From sequence record DRR723986_9956: a stretch of 38,245 nt of DNA, one strand, 5' to 3'. Under the pieces are notes generated by a model. It saw only the letters and a list, made by a program, of their open reading frames with translations, was not told where the DNA came from and made no database searches. Numbering within the stretch: position 1 is the first letter of the stretch; every line of letters begins with the position of its first letter. Of the stretch, positions 1-8,816 are shown in pieces. The translations under genes were made by a program, and so were the position numbers.

Positions 1-63
1 TATCCTGAATGTTCACACTTTTATACTGAATCTTCAGGCTTTTTACCTGAAGCTTGAGTAGTA
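1..63. repeat. Imperfect 21-bp tandem repeat, at least 3 units, truncated by the window edge
   Basis: Units TATCCTGAATGTTCACACTTT (1-21), TATACTGAATCTTCAGGCTTT (22-42) and TTACCTGAAGCTTGAGTAGTA (43-63). Units 1 and 2 match at 17/21, units 2 and 3 at 12/21, with CTGAA in register. Confidence 0.6.
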
Positions 64-74
64 ACTCCTCAAAC

Positions 75-103
75 AAAAAAAGCCGGATCCTCTCGAATCC
101 GGC
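75..103 (-). terminator. Intrinsic terminator of the 156-aa gene
   Basis: Minus strand GCCGGATTC-GAGA-GGATCCGGC (9-bp stem with one G-U, GNRA loop) followed by T7, about 50 nt after the stop at 153. Confidence 0.85.
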
Positions 104-152
104 CTGGAGAAGTGATAAGTAACAACTCCGCGCTAAGTTTTAATCAGGTACT

Positions 153-623
153 TCACTCTTTTGGTGGAGATTTTTTTGGTTTACGCTCCCAGCGCACCAT
201 CAAATCCGCCACCACTGGCTTGGCACTTGGCACTCCAAGCTTGACCGCCATCTGCGCCGACTTATAATAGGCAGTTGATGGTATCATGACTTCCGAGCCT
301 GCTTCCATCAGTGTATCATCTAGATTACTACACAGCTGGGACAGGACATTGAAAACCGGCAATAAATCTGAAATAGCCTTCCAATCCTTTTGCATCTCTG
401 GCACATCGGTAAACGGAGGCAGAAATTCGGGATTGGTGACTACATACTCCAGTACTTTCTCCACGAAAGGACGGGAGGCCTCACCCATTTTGAAGAGCGA
501 CCTACGCTCCTCATCGGTAAGGGCTATGAGCAATGGGCCAAGTTTGGCCTGTAAAACTGCGACCGCATCTTTGATTGCGGTAAGATCCGCTGCTGGGATC
601 ACGATGGAAACTTTGTTGTCCAT
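153..623 (-). CDS. Conserved hypothetical, probably all-alpha protein (156 aa)
   Basis: A-rich ATG context and its own terminator. Pattern 'LTxEERxxLxKMG...FV...NP...LDDT...AGSE...YY...GVP' that I recall from an uncharacterised Bacteroidota/cyanobacterial family. Confidence 0.8.
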   Translation of the reverse strand: MDNKVSIVIPAADLTAIKDAVAVLQAKLGPLLIALTDEERRSLFKMGEASRPFVEKVLEYVVTNPEFLPPFTDVPEMQKDWKAISDLLPVFNVLSQLCSNLDDTLMEAGSEVMIPSTAYYKSAQMAVKLGVPSAKPVVADLMVRWERKPKKSPPKE

Positions 624-793
624 GATAAAAATTGGTTAATGTGTAAGAAAAATAAATTGTAAACTAAAGTAACTAAGTGAAACCAATAAAACAATAGTTT
701 ACTTACTATCAGCAGGTTATAAAATAAAAATTCTTTTCTGAGAAGTAAATTCGGGACGTTAGAAAAATGGAGAGGGTGTTTGTTGCAAGATTT

Positions 794-1597
794 TTAGAGC
801 GTATGTCCATTCAGGATAGTTCCATCTTTTACGGTCTTTATATAGCTGATGACCTTTCCGTCTTCCCCCACTTCGCATACCCGATAGGAAGGAAATGGAT
901 TACCCCAGCTGCCGCCGAAGTGTCCTGACCATAGAAAGGGTTTTTTATGGTAAATCATCTGTCCATCTACGTCATGATCATGTCCATGGAAAGTTGCCCG
1001 CACATTTGGGTAGGAAGTGATCAGGTTTAGGAAGTCCGTACAGGGTACTCCATGCCTGGTCCAGTCATTTTGGGAGATGTGGACAAAGACAAAAACCTGA
1101 GGAAGGGAGGCGAATTGATCCAGAATGCTTTTGGCGAAGTCTAGGTTGGCGCAGAGGTATTCTCCTTTTTCATTGGAACAGTCCAGCAGCAGGATGCCGG
1201 AGTCCTTGGCTTGGAAGGAAAAGTTGGTCGTCTGTCCCATGATTTTCTCAAAGTCCGCCTCACTTACCCTGTCGTGGTTGCCTCGGGTGACGTAGTGAGG
1301 TACTTGCAGGCGGTTATACACTTCCTTGACCTGTGGTAAAAGTGTGGGGTCATCGTGAATCAGATCCCCATTAAAAACCACAAAATCCACCTCCTTTTCC
1401 CTGTGGATGGCCTCGATCAAGTTGCTATGGGAAGTTTCGTAATCTGTATCAGGCTGTCCCCAGTGCCCATCTGAAGCGGTGATGAACTTGAGTCGGGTTG
1501 ATTTAGGGAAATCCATTTTCCCATAAAGCATAAAAGGCATGGTTAGGAAGGATGTGCCGATAAGGCTGATTTTTTGAAGAAAAGGTCTGCGGTTCAT
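794..1597 (-). CDS. Calcineurin-like metallophosphoesterase with Tat signal peptide
   Basis: Motifs D-G-H (SDGHW), GDxxxD (NGDLIHD), GNHD, H (FVH) and GHxH (HGHDH). N-terminus MNRRPFLQK followed by a hydrophobic stretch. Confidence 0.9.
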   Translation of the reverse strand: MNRRPFLQKISLIGTSFLTMPFMLYGKMDFPKSTRLKFITASDGHWGQPDTDYETSHSNLIEAIHREKEVDFVVFNGDLIHDDPTLLPQVKEVYNRLQVPHYVTRGNHDRVSEADFEKIMGQTTNFSFQAKDSGILLLDCSNEKGEYLCANLDFAKSILDQFASLPQVFVFVHISQNDWTRHGVPCTDFLNLITSYPNVRATFHGHDHDVDGQMIYHKKPFLWSGHFGGSWGNPFPSYRVCEVGEDGKVISYIKTVKDGTILNGHTL

Positions 1598-1957
1598 GGG
1601 TTTAAAATAGGGTTTTAGGAAGAAGGATGAAAGGGTTTTTTCTATGGTCGGCTTGAGATCAGTCCATCTTTACTTGCATAAGCTCAGCTTCTAGAACAAA
1701 TCACTTGGCACTCGCAAGCTGCACTTCACTAGTTCAGCTGTAAAAGTATTTCACCGCTCTGTCAAGGCAATAGCTAATAGTTGCTGGGAAAGGCAATGTG
1801 TAAAATATCAAGGCAAGGATGCTAGCGCTAGATTCACTCTTCAATCAAAAACTTACTTCTTTACAACGTAACTAGTCCGGGTTAGGATAAAATACTTTGA
1901 TTACCCGCAATGATGCCAGTCACCTTAGAATCTTTGGTACTCAGGCTGGAATACCGA

Positions 1958-1982
1958 TACTTCGGCTATGCTGAGTACAAGT
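1958..1982. repeat. Single degenerate Bacteroidota REP-like palindromic element
   Basis: TACTTCGGCTATGCTGAGTACAAGT resembles the recalled motif CTTCGnCTnCGCTCAG-nnCAAG. Only one copy in the window, so repeat status is not shown here. Confidence 0.35.
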
Positions 1983-2155
1983 GATCGAAGTGATCTGAAT
2001 TCTTAAGTTTACTTATCTTACTATGCTTTTGCCACCTTACTGGTAAACATGCGGATATACATAAAATGAGAAAGCTTGTTTACAGACTTTTCCTATCAAA
2101 TTGTAAAATTCATTTACCTAACTAGTAGATTTACCATCAACAATCAATTTTTACC

Positions 2156-4657
2156 ATGCCTGCTAATAATTTTAATACCAAAGGGTTAACAGATCATCAG
2201 GTTTTTGAATCAAGGAAAAAGCATGGCAAAAACCAGTTTGATTATAAAAAAGAGAGTGGATTTTTTGAAGCAGTAAAAAGCGTAGTAAAAGAACCCATGG
2301 TCATTTTATTATTAGCCACCTCTGTGATTTATTTTATCAGTGGCAAAATGGACGATGGCATTTTTATGGCTTTCGCTATTGTCTTGGTGGCAGGAATTTC
2401 CCTTTATCAAGACTCAAGAAGTAGAAATGCCCTAGAAAAACTGAAGGACCTCTCCCAGCCTGTTTGCAAGGTGATTCGCAACAATGAAATTCTGGAAGTA
2501 AAAAGCGAAGAGTTGGTAGTTGGTGACAGTCTTATAATTGAAGAAGGAGGCGCAGTGGCTGCAGATGGTGTGATTGTTCATTCGAATGATTTTTCGGTGA
2601 ACGAATCCATACTTACCGGTGAATCTTTAGCAGTATCTAAGGATGCCACCGGCGATGAAAACAAGGTATTTACAGGCACCTCGGTTGCCAGTGGATTGGC
2701 AGTAATCACTATTACTGCAATCGGTAATGAAACAAAGCTTGGGAAAATAGGTAAAAGCCTGGAATCGATTCAGGAAGAAAAAACACCTCTAGAACTACAG
2801 ATAAACAGTTTTGTGAAGAAAATGGTGATTGTAGGCGTGATTGTCTTCGCTATTGTATGGGTCATAAACTACTTCCAATCCCACAGTTTTACCAATAGTT
2901 TACTGAAAGCTCTTACACTAGCGATGAGCATATTGCCGGAAGAGATTCCAGTCGCCTTTACTACGTTTATGGCGCTAGGTGCTTGGAGACTGATGAAAAT
3001 GGGTATTATCGTCAAGCAGATGAAGACTGTAGAAACCCTAGGTAGCGCTACGGTTATTTGCACAGACAAGACTGGTACTCTCACAGAAAACAGGATGAGC
3101 TTAGCAAAGATCTTCACGCTGGATTCCGGTAAAATTTGGAATTCAGAAAATATAGAAAATCAAGATGAAAAAGATCTAATAAGGCTTGCCATGTGGGCTA
3201 GTGAGCCTATTCCATTTGATCCCATGGAAATAGCCCTTCATAAGGCGTATGAAAACATTGTTGAGTCAGACGAGAGAGGCAATTTCAGGCTGGTTCATGA
3301 ATATCCATTAGGTGGCAAACCTCCTATGATGACTCATGTTTTTGAAAGTTCATCTGGAGATCGCATCATAGCAGCCAAAGGAGCACCAGAGGCGATTATT
3401 AATGTTTCTGATTTAAAAACAGATCAAAAAAACCAACTGGAAGTTGCCCTGACCGAACTTACCAAAGAAGGTTACCGCGTGTTGGGTGTAGGTGAAGCGA
3501 AATTTGAAGGCAATGATTTCCCAAAAGAGCAGCAGGATTTTCCTTTTGCATTTAAAGGGATAGTGGCATTTTATGACCCTCCTAAGAAAAACATAGCTAA
3601 GGTTTTGGAGGATTTTTATACAGCCAAAATTGCTGTAAAAATAATCACTGGAGATAATTCTACAACAACAGAAGCAATAGCCAAACAAGTTGGTTTTCGG
3701 GGATATGAAAAAAGTATTTCAGGCGAAGAGCTCATTGGCCTATCCGAGGAAGCACTGCAAAAAACTGTGAATGAGGTTCAGGTATTTACCCGAATGTTTC
3801 CAGAAGCCAAGTTGAAAATAATCAATGCGCTGAAAAAGAATAATGAGATTGTGGCTATGGTGGGTGATGGCGTAAATGATGGCCCGGCACTTAAAGCGGC
3901 ACATATTGGTGTTGCCATGGGTAGTAAAGGAACTGAGATTGCAAAGCAAGCCGCATCCCTGATACTTAAGGAGGATGATCTATCTAAAATGGTGGATGCA
4001 GTGGCGATGGGAAGAAAAATATATGCTAACCTGAAAAAAGCCATTCAATACATCATTTCAATCCATATCCCTATTATTTTAACTGTATTTCTTCCCTTGG
4101 CTTTAGGCTGGTTGTACCCTACTATATTTTCTCCGGTACATATCATTTTCCTTGAGCTGGTCATGGGGCCTACTTGTTCCATCATCTACGAAAATGAGCC
4201 CATAGAAAAAAACAGCATGTCTCAAAAACCTCGTGCAATGACCAGTACTTTTTTCAATTTGAGAGAACTCACCACCAGCATAGTACAAGGCTTGGTAATA
4301 ACTGCAGGCACCCTACTGATTTACCAATACGCTGTAAACCAAGGATTAAATGAGCCACTCACAAGAACCCTGGTTTTCACAGTCCTTATTTCTGCCAATG
4401 TGATGTTAACTCTGGTAAATCGTTCGTTCTACTATTCCATTTTTACAACCGTCAGGTATAAAAATAAGCTCGTATTCCTGATCGTAGGCATTACGATTTT
4501 TATTACCACTTTACTGCTTTATGTTAAGCCCTTCTCAAGATTTTTCGATTTTGAGACACCAAGTTTAATCAACCTATCACTAGCAGTAGGGACCGGCATA
4601 CTATCAGTTATCTGGTACGAAGGGGTGAAATGGAGGAAAAGAAAAAAGGTGGAATAA
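2156..4657 (+). CDS. Cation-translocating P-type ATPase (type II-like)
   Basis: TGES actuator, DKTGTLT phosphorylation motif, KGAPE, TGD, GDGVND, TM4 PEEIP and about 10 TM helices. Confidence 0.95.
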   Translation: MPANNFNTKGLTDHQVFESRKKHGKNQFDYKKESGFFEAVKSVVKEPMVILLLATSVIYFISGKMDDGIFMAFAIVLVAGISLYQDSRSRNALEKLKDLSQPVCKVIRNNEILEVKSEELVVGDSLIIEEGGAVAADGVIVHSNDFSVNESILTGESLAVSKDATGDENKVFTGTSVASGLAVITITAIGNETKLGKIGKSLESIQEEKTPLELQINSFVKKMVIVGVIVFAIVWVINYFQSHSFTNSLLKALTLAMSILPEEIPVAFTTFMALGAWRLMKMGIIVKQMKTVETLGSATVICTDKTGTLTENRMSLAKIFTLDSGKIWNSENIENQDEKDLIRLAMWASEPIPFDPMEIALHKAYENIVESDERGNFRLVHEYPLGGKPPMMTHVFESSSGDRIIAAKGAPEAIINVSDLKTDQKNQLEVALTELTKEGYRVLGVGEAKFEGNDFPKEQQDFPFAFKGIVAFYDPPKKNIAKVLEDFYTAKIAVKIITGDNSTTTEAIAKQVGFRGYEKSISGEELIGLSEEALQKTVNEVQVFTRMFPEAKLKIINALKKNNEIVAMVGDGVNDGPALKAAHIGVAMGSKGTEIAKQAASLILKEDDLSKMVDAVAMGRKIYANLKKAIQYIISIHIPIILTVFLPLALGWLYPTIFSPVHIIFLELVMGPTCSIIYENEPIEKNSMSQKPRAMTSTFFNLRELTTSIVQGLVITAGTLLIYQYAVNQGLNEPLTRTLVFTVLISANVMLTLVNRSFYYSIFTTVRYKNKLVFLIVGITIFITTLLLYVKPFSRFFDFETPSLINLSLAVGTGILSVIWYEGVKWRKRKKVE

Positions 4658-4703
4658 ATCATCCCACCTCCTTATTCTACTTATTTCAGCTACTTAAAGC
4701 AGT

Positions 4704-6758
4704 CTATCTGAACCAGAATCCAGACGAAATCATTTCCATAGGACCCTCCTCAAATTTCCAAGACAATTCCAGTTGAGGTGTTGCATCATCCTTCAGCAAA
4801 TAGATCTTAACGGGATGGTAACCCGCTTCCAAATAAACAGATCCTTCGGGGGAATTAGTTGTTTCAAAATTACCATCCAAAACGGCGATATCATGAATAC
4901 GCATGAAGAAATGACTTTCCTTTCTATCTGCTTTAAATGTGTATTTCCCACCTTGCGGAATCTTAATATAACCTTGCCAAAGCACCAGGTTTCCCTTACC
5001 TGTTACTTTATCAACAGAAGGAAAATCGACAAGCTGCTTTGATATGGCTTTGCCAAAATCGGCAGGAATCCATGCACTGCTAACTTGATGAGTGGTCACT
5101 TGCAATCCTTTTTCAACTTTCAAAAGCTCCAAAGCTGGTACCAATGCGGAGTCATACGGCCGTGGCGCATCCAGATCGGCAATTCTACTTCTTAATACCG
5201 TAGATTTAAATTCCTTCTGAAGTGCAGTGTTTTCCATCGCAAGATTACTCCCTTGCTGTGGGTCTTTTAGGACATTATAAATCTCAAAATCCTCCTCCTG
5301 ATTTTTAATATCATAGCGAACACCGACCATATCCCCTTTTCTGATCATTTGCATCTGCCCTCGTTTCCTGCCTCGATGGGAATCCAAGAACTCGGAGTAG
5401 TTAGGGAATTTCCCGTTTTGAAAATATTCTATATAAATCTCGCTGGGAGCTTGTTTGCCTTTTCCAGTCAGAGATGGTAAAAGTGATACACCATCTGTTC
5501 TTATCGGAGCAAATGCTCCCGAGGCATCAGCAAAAGTCGCCATCCAATCATAAGAAATACTTGGGGAAGTCACCACAGTTCCTGCTTTGATATGTGTAGG
5601 CCAATAGGCAATGGTGGCTGTTCGTAACCCACCTTCATACACATCACGTTTGATTCCATCGAAATGAGCAAAGTTATTGAAGAATTCAGGTGTGTAATTG
5701 GCATACTCTTTTGGTAAATAAGACTCTTCAGAAGGGCCATTATCTGAAGTGAAAATCACTAAGGTGTTTTCTGCTATTTCTAAATCGATTAGCAACTGAA
5801 GCAAATCACCAACTTGATCATCGATCCGCTTGCTCACGGTAGCATACCTCTGATAAGTAGCTGGCCATGCTACCTCAGCTGTGTTTGGGTCTTTGTCATG
5901 ATCGTAAGTCGCATTTGCAAACTCAGGATAGGTAAATGAATCAACTTCACCAGATGCCGTATTGATCATATGCCCAGGAGTCCCCAGCCACTTCATTCCT
6001 CCATTTAAACCTCCTCCTGCTGGATAATCCTGCGTGGGCAATTCTAATACAGCATGAGGCGTATCATAGGCCAGATACATAAAAAATGGCTTATCAGCTT
6101 TCTCCTTTTGATGAGAAATGATAAAATCTTTTGCTTTGGCGGTAAACAAATCTCCTGTGTAACTTTTATCCAGACCCTTTACAATTTCGTAGCCCTCGTA
6201 AACTTCTTTGCTTCCCCGGTAGATTCCTTCCACCGGATAATGCTCGTGTCCATCACCATGTCTGATGTACCCAAAGTACTGATCAAAGCCCTTTTTTAAA
6301 GGATGGGCAGGCCAATTGGGTGCTTCCCCTTTACCCTGTAATCCCCATTTTCCAATGGCAATGGTTTCATACCCCACAGATTTAAGCACATCAGCCACTG
6401 TATAGTTATCTCCGATTTCTTTATCAAACTGATTATCCCGAACGTGGGCATGACCTTGATTTACCCCCATAAGAATAGAAGCCCTGGAAGGAGCACAAAC
6501 TGGAGCTGCAGTATAATGATTGGTCAGCATAGCTCCTTCATTTGCCATTTTATCCAACATTGGAGTCATTATCCAAGGCTCACTTCGATCGTTTAGAGCT
6601 TTTCTTTCATTCTGGAAAAAAACTCCAATATCACCATAGCCTAGGTCATCCACGAGGATAAAAATAATATTAGGCCTGTCAGAAGTCTGGGCAAAACCGG
6701 GAAAAATTAGTGTCAATAACAGCAGTAGCATTATGCTTAAAATGTGGTTCTTTTTCAT
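4704..6758 (-). CDS. Formylglycine-dependent sulfatase (S1_20-like) with C-terminal PA14-like domain
   Basis: Sec signal (GFA|Q), DDLGYGD, CAPSRASILMG, GKWGL, SDNG and KRDVYEGG. C-terminal 'WQGYIKIP.GGKYTF...GSVYLEAGYHPVKI...LELSW' fits PA14. Subfamily is inferred. Confidence 0.92.
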   Translation of the reverse strand: MKKNHILSIMLLLLLTLIFPGFAQTSDRPNIIFILVDDLGYGDIGVFFQNERKALNDRSEPWIMTPMLDKMANEGAMLTNHYTAAPVCAPSRASILMGVNQGHAHVRDNQFDKEIGDNYTVADVLKSVGYETIAIGKWGLQGKGEAPNWPAHPLKKGFDQYFGYIRHGDGHEHYPVEGIYRGSKEVYEGYEIVKGLDKSYTGDLFTAKAKDFIISHQKEKADKPFFMYLAYDTPHAVLELPTQDYPAGGGLNGGMKWLGTPGHMINTASGEVDSFTYPEFANATYDHDKDPNTAEVAWPATYQRYATVSKRIDDQVGDLLQLLIDLEIAENTLVIFTSDNGPSEESYLPKEYANYTPEFFNNFAHFDGIKRDVYEGGLRTATIAYWPTHIKAGTVVTSPSISYDWMATFADASGAFAPIRTDGVSLLPSLTGKGKQAPSEIYIEYFQNGKFPNYSEFLDSHRGRKRGQMQMIRKGDMVGVRYDIKNQEEDFEIYNVLKDPQQGSNLAMENTALQKEFKSTVLRSRIADLDAPRPYDSALVPALELLKVEKGLQVTTHQVSSAWIPADFGKAISKQLVDFPSVDKVTGKGNLVLWQGYIKIPQGGKYTFKADRKESHFFMRIHDIAVLDGNFETTNSPEGSVYLEAGYHPVKIYLLKDDATPQLELSWKFEEGPMEMISSGFWFR

Positions 6759-6884
6759 TTGTATGATCGAACGATAAATGAGTTAATAAATGAGGTTGTG
6801 GTTCGTAGCTATAAATCCCTTCTGAACAGAAGCTATTTTTGAAACTAGACTGAAATGCAGACGGCACCTATTTTTCTGATTGAT

Positions 6885-6918
6885 AAAAGCCCTTCAATCT
6901 GAAAGAGTTGAAGGGCTT
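6885..6918 (-). terminator. Hairpin/terminator downstream of left susD
   Basis: Perfect 11-bp inverted repeat AAGCCCTTCAA (6887-6897) / TTGAAGGGCTT (6908-6918). Short T4 tail on the minus strand, 20 nt after the susD stop. Confidence 0.75.
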
Positions 6919-6938
6919 AATTTTAATTTAAAATTTGG

Positions 6939-8717
6939 TTACCAACCAGGGTTCTGTTCCAAATTTGGATTAAGAGCAATCTCCTCTGATGGAACCGGAT
7001 ATAGATACTGGTAATCTTCCCATGCCGGTGGGTTACCACTGAAGAACTGAATGTATCCTTCAGATGCTCCACCTTGAATAGGAATTCTATTATTCACCTC
7101 TGAACCAACAATCCAGCGACCTAGCTTTGGATCATTAGTATAATCCATTTTCTTCCATCTTCTTAGGTCATCAAATCTAAAACCTTCAGCCATCAATTCG
7201 ATGCCACGCTCACGTCTGATTTCCCACAATATAGGATCAACTTCAGGATCGCGTGTAGGGTCAAAATCTGCAGTAATACTTCCTACACTCATTGGCGCTA
7301 CGTTACCTCTTTCTCTTAGCTTATTGATCGTCATATCAGCAACGGATTGGTCAAATTCTCCCAATTCCCACTTTGCCTCAGCATAGTTTATTAACACTTC
7401 TCCCATTCTAAATATAGGCGCATCACTGAAGTCATTGTTCTGAATATCGTGGAGACGGTTGTAGTACTTAAATAACTTGTAACCTGTTCTTGAAACATTG
7501 TAAGGATCTCCCTCATTGAAATCTCTATAATGTGGAGAAACTCTTAAAATGTATCCAGCATGATTTCTAGAAGGCAATACTTTTTGATTTTCAGAGGATA
7601 TACCAGCCATAAAATCTATGTACTCTCTATCCTTAGGATCATCCGAATGTGCCCAAGCCAATCGGTCACCAGAAACTGGCTTCACTCTAAAAGGAGGAGT
7701 GATCGTATACAGCATTCTCAAATCCCTACCTCTGAATTCAGCATAAGGGTCCTTATCTGTTTCAAAATCAGGGCTATTCCAGATCGTCTGTCCATCTTGC
7801 ATCAGATAGGAATCAGCACCACGTTTTGTTATATCCCAGTTACCTGCGGAATTTCTATGCCTAGAGGTTAAGCTATGAGTCAAAATTCCGTTTTCATATC
7901 TTTTGAATAGCAAAATACCAGGGACTCCATCTAAAGATTCACTGTTAAACACCTCATTGTAGTTAGGGTGAAGAGTAGGATTATTAGCTATAAGCTGTTC
8001 TGATGCTTTGATAGATTCTCTCAGGAATTCTTCTCCGCCTTGCAATCCATGGTATTTTCTCCAAGTCCCCTCAAACAGCCCGAATCTTGAGATCAAAGCT
8101 CGAACCACATCACTGCTAATAGTATTGGTTCCTACCCCATTGGTGCCTGGCTCAATGATATTATCTACTGCAAACAACAAATCATCCATCATATTTTTAG
8201 CCACCTCTTCTCTTGGAGTCCTAGGTGCAAATAGTAGTTCATCATTATCTGTCAACACTCGGTCTATCCAAGGCACATCGCCATAAGCAGCGATCTTGGA
8301 ATAGTAATCATAGGCTCTGAAGAAATAACAAGTTGCCCTCCAATGGTTCTTCTCTGCTTCTGTCATATTAGACTCTTCCAAATTATCGAGCATAATATTC
8401 GTACGGCGAACAAAAGAAAAATCCCAAATAGAAGATGAAGTAGGAATAGTCTGCCTGCCCCATATCCAGGGTGAGCCTTGACTCGAATTATTTTGCATCA
8501 TCAAATCAGCATCCCAATCGCTATTCACTGGGCCAAAATCATAACCTGGGAATATGGTGTAAAAACCATAGGCATAGGTTTGGGAAACTTGAAAATTCTC
8601 AAAAGCATTATCTTCAGAAAATGCTAATTCAGGCTTTTTATCCAAGGTGCTTTCAACACAGCTAAATGTGAAAAGTGACACCGAAAGACCGAAAGCTATA
8701 TTTTTAATTAATTTCAT
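6939..8717 (-). CDS. RagB/SusD family outer-membrane lipoprotein
   Basis: Lipobox FTFS|C, YFFRAY...YGDVPW, FRMGEVLINYAEA, EIRRERGIELMAEGFRFDDLRRW and terminal QNPGW. Lies downstream of a SusC. Confidence 0.95.
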   Translation of the reverse strand: MKLIKNIAFGLSVSLFTFSCVESTLDKKPELAFSEDNAFENFQVSQTYAYGFYTIFPGYDFGPVNSDWDADLMMQNNSSQGSPWIWGRQTIPTSSSIWDFSFVRRTNIMLDNLEESNMTEAEKNHWRATCYFFRAYDYYSKIAAYGDVPWIDRVLTDNDELLFAPRTPREEVAKNMMDDLLFAVDNIIEPGTNGVGTNTISSDVVRALISRFGLFEGTWRKYHGLQGGEEFLRESIKASEQLIANNPTLHPNYNEVFNSESLDGVPGILLFKRYENGILTHSLTSRHRNSAGNWDITKRGADSYLMQDGQTIWNSPDFETDKDPYAEFRGRDLRMLYTITPPFRVKPVSGDRLAWAHSDDPKDREYIDFMAGISSENQKVLPSRNHAGYILRVSPHYRDFNEGDPYNVSRTGYKLFKYYNRLHDIQNNDFSDAPIFRMGEVLINYAEAKWELGEFDQSVADMTINKLRERGNVAPMSVGSITADFDPTRDPEVDPILWEIRRERGIELMAEGFRFDDLRRWKKMDYTNDPKLGRWIVGSEVNNRIPIQGGASEGYIQFFSGNPPAWEDYQYLYPVPSEEIALNPNLEQNPGW

Positions 8718-8729
8718 CTGTTTATTATT

Positions 8730-8804
8730 TTAAATGGTCAGATGGAATCTCGCATAATCGATGATCAACCTTTTATTTGAAGACCTCGACATGTTAGATT
8801 TCAT
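8730..8804 (-). CDS. Candidate 24-aa small ORF between susC and susD (MKSNMSRSSNKRLIIDYARFHLTI)
   Basis: ATG at 8804 after the A-rich leader AAATTGAAAATT and TAA at 8732-8730. Exactly 12 nt from the susC stop and 12 nt from the susD ATG. No homology evidence. Confidence 0.35.
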   Translation of the reverse strand: MKSNMSRSSNKRLIIDYARFHLTI

Positions 8805-8816
8805 AATTTTCAATTT

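Noticed and set aside
1-63. CRISPR interpretation of the left-edge repeats
   Set aside because: Units are contiguous and degenerate with no spacers, and there are no cas genes in the window.
286-639. 117-aa plus-strand ORF
   Set aside because: Antisense shadow of the 156-aa gene, which has a family-like pattern and its own terminator.
1640-1870. Possible pseudogene or small ORFs in the 558-nt intergenic region
   Set aside because: The frames I translated were interrupted by stops and had no recognisable motif.
1990-2155. yybP-ykoY or M-box riboswitch ahead of the P-type ATPase
   Set aside because: No recognisable consensus such as GGGGAGUA and no terminator-like platform seen by eye. An Rfam scan would settle it.
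2869-4288. Five short minus-strand ORFs within the ATPase
   Set aside because: Fully antisense to a well-supported gene, with no motifs.
4658-4703. Expected bidirectional terminator between the convergent ATPase and sulfatase
   Set aside because: No convincing stem-loop in the 46-nt gap.
6679-6867. 62-aa minus-strand ORF
   Set aside because: GTG start, overlaps the sulfatase signal-peptide region out of frame, and has no motif.
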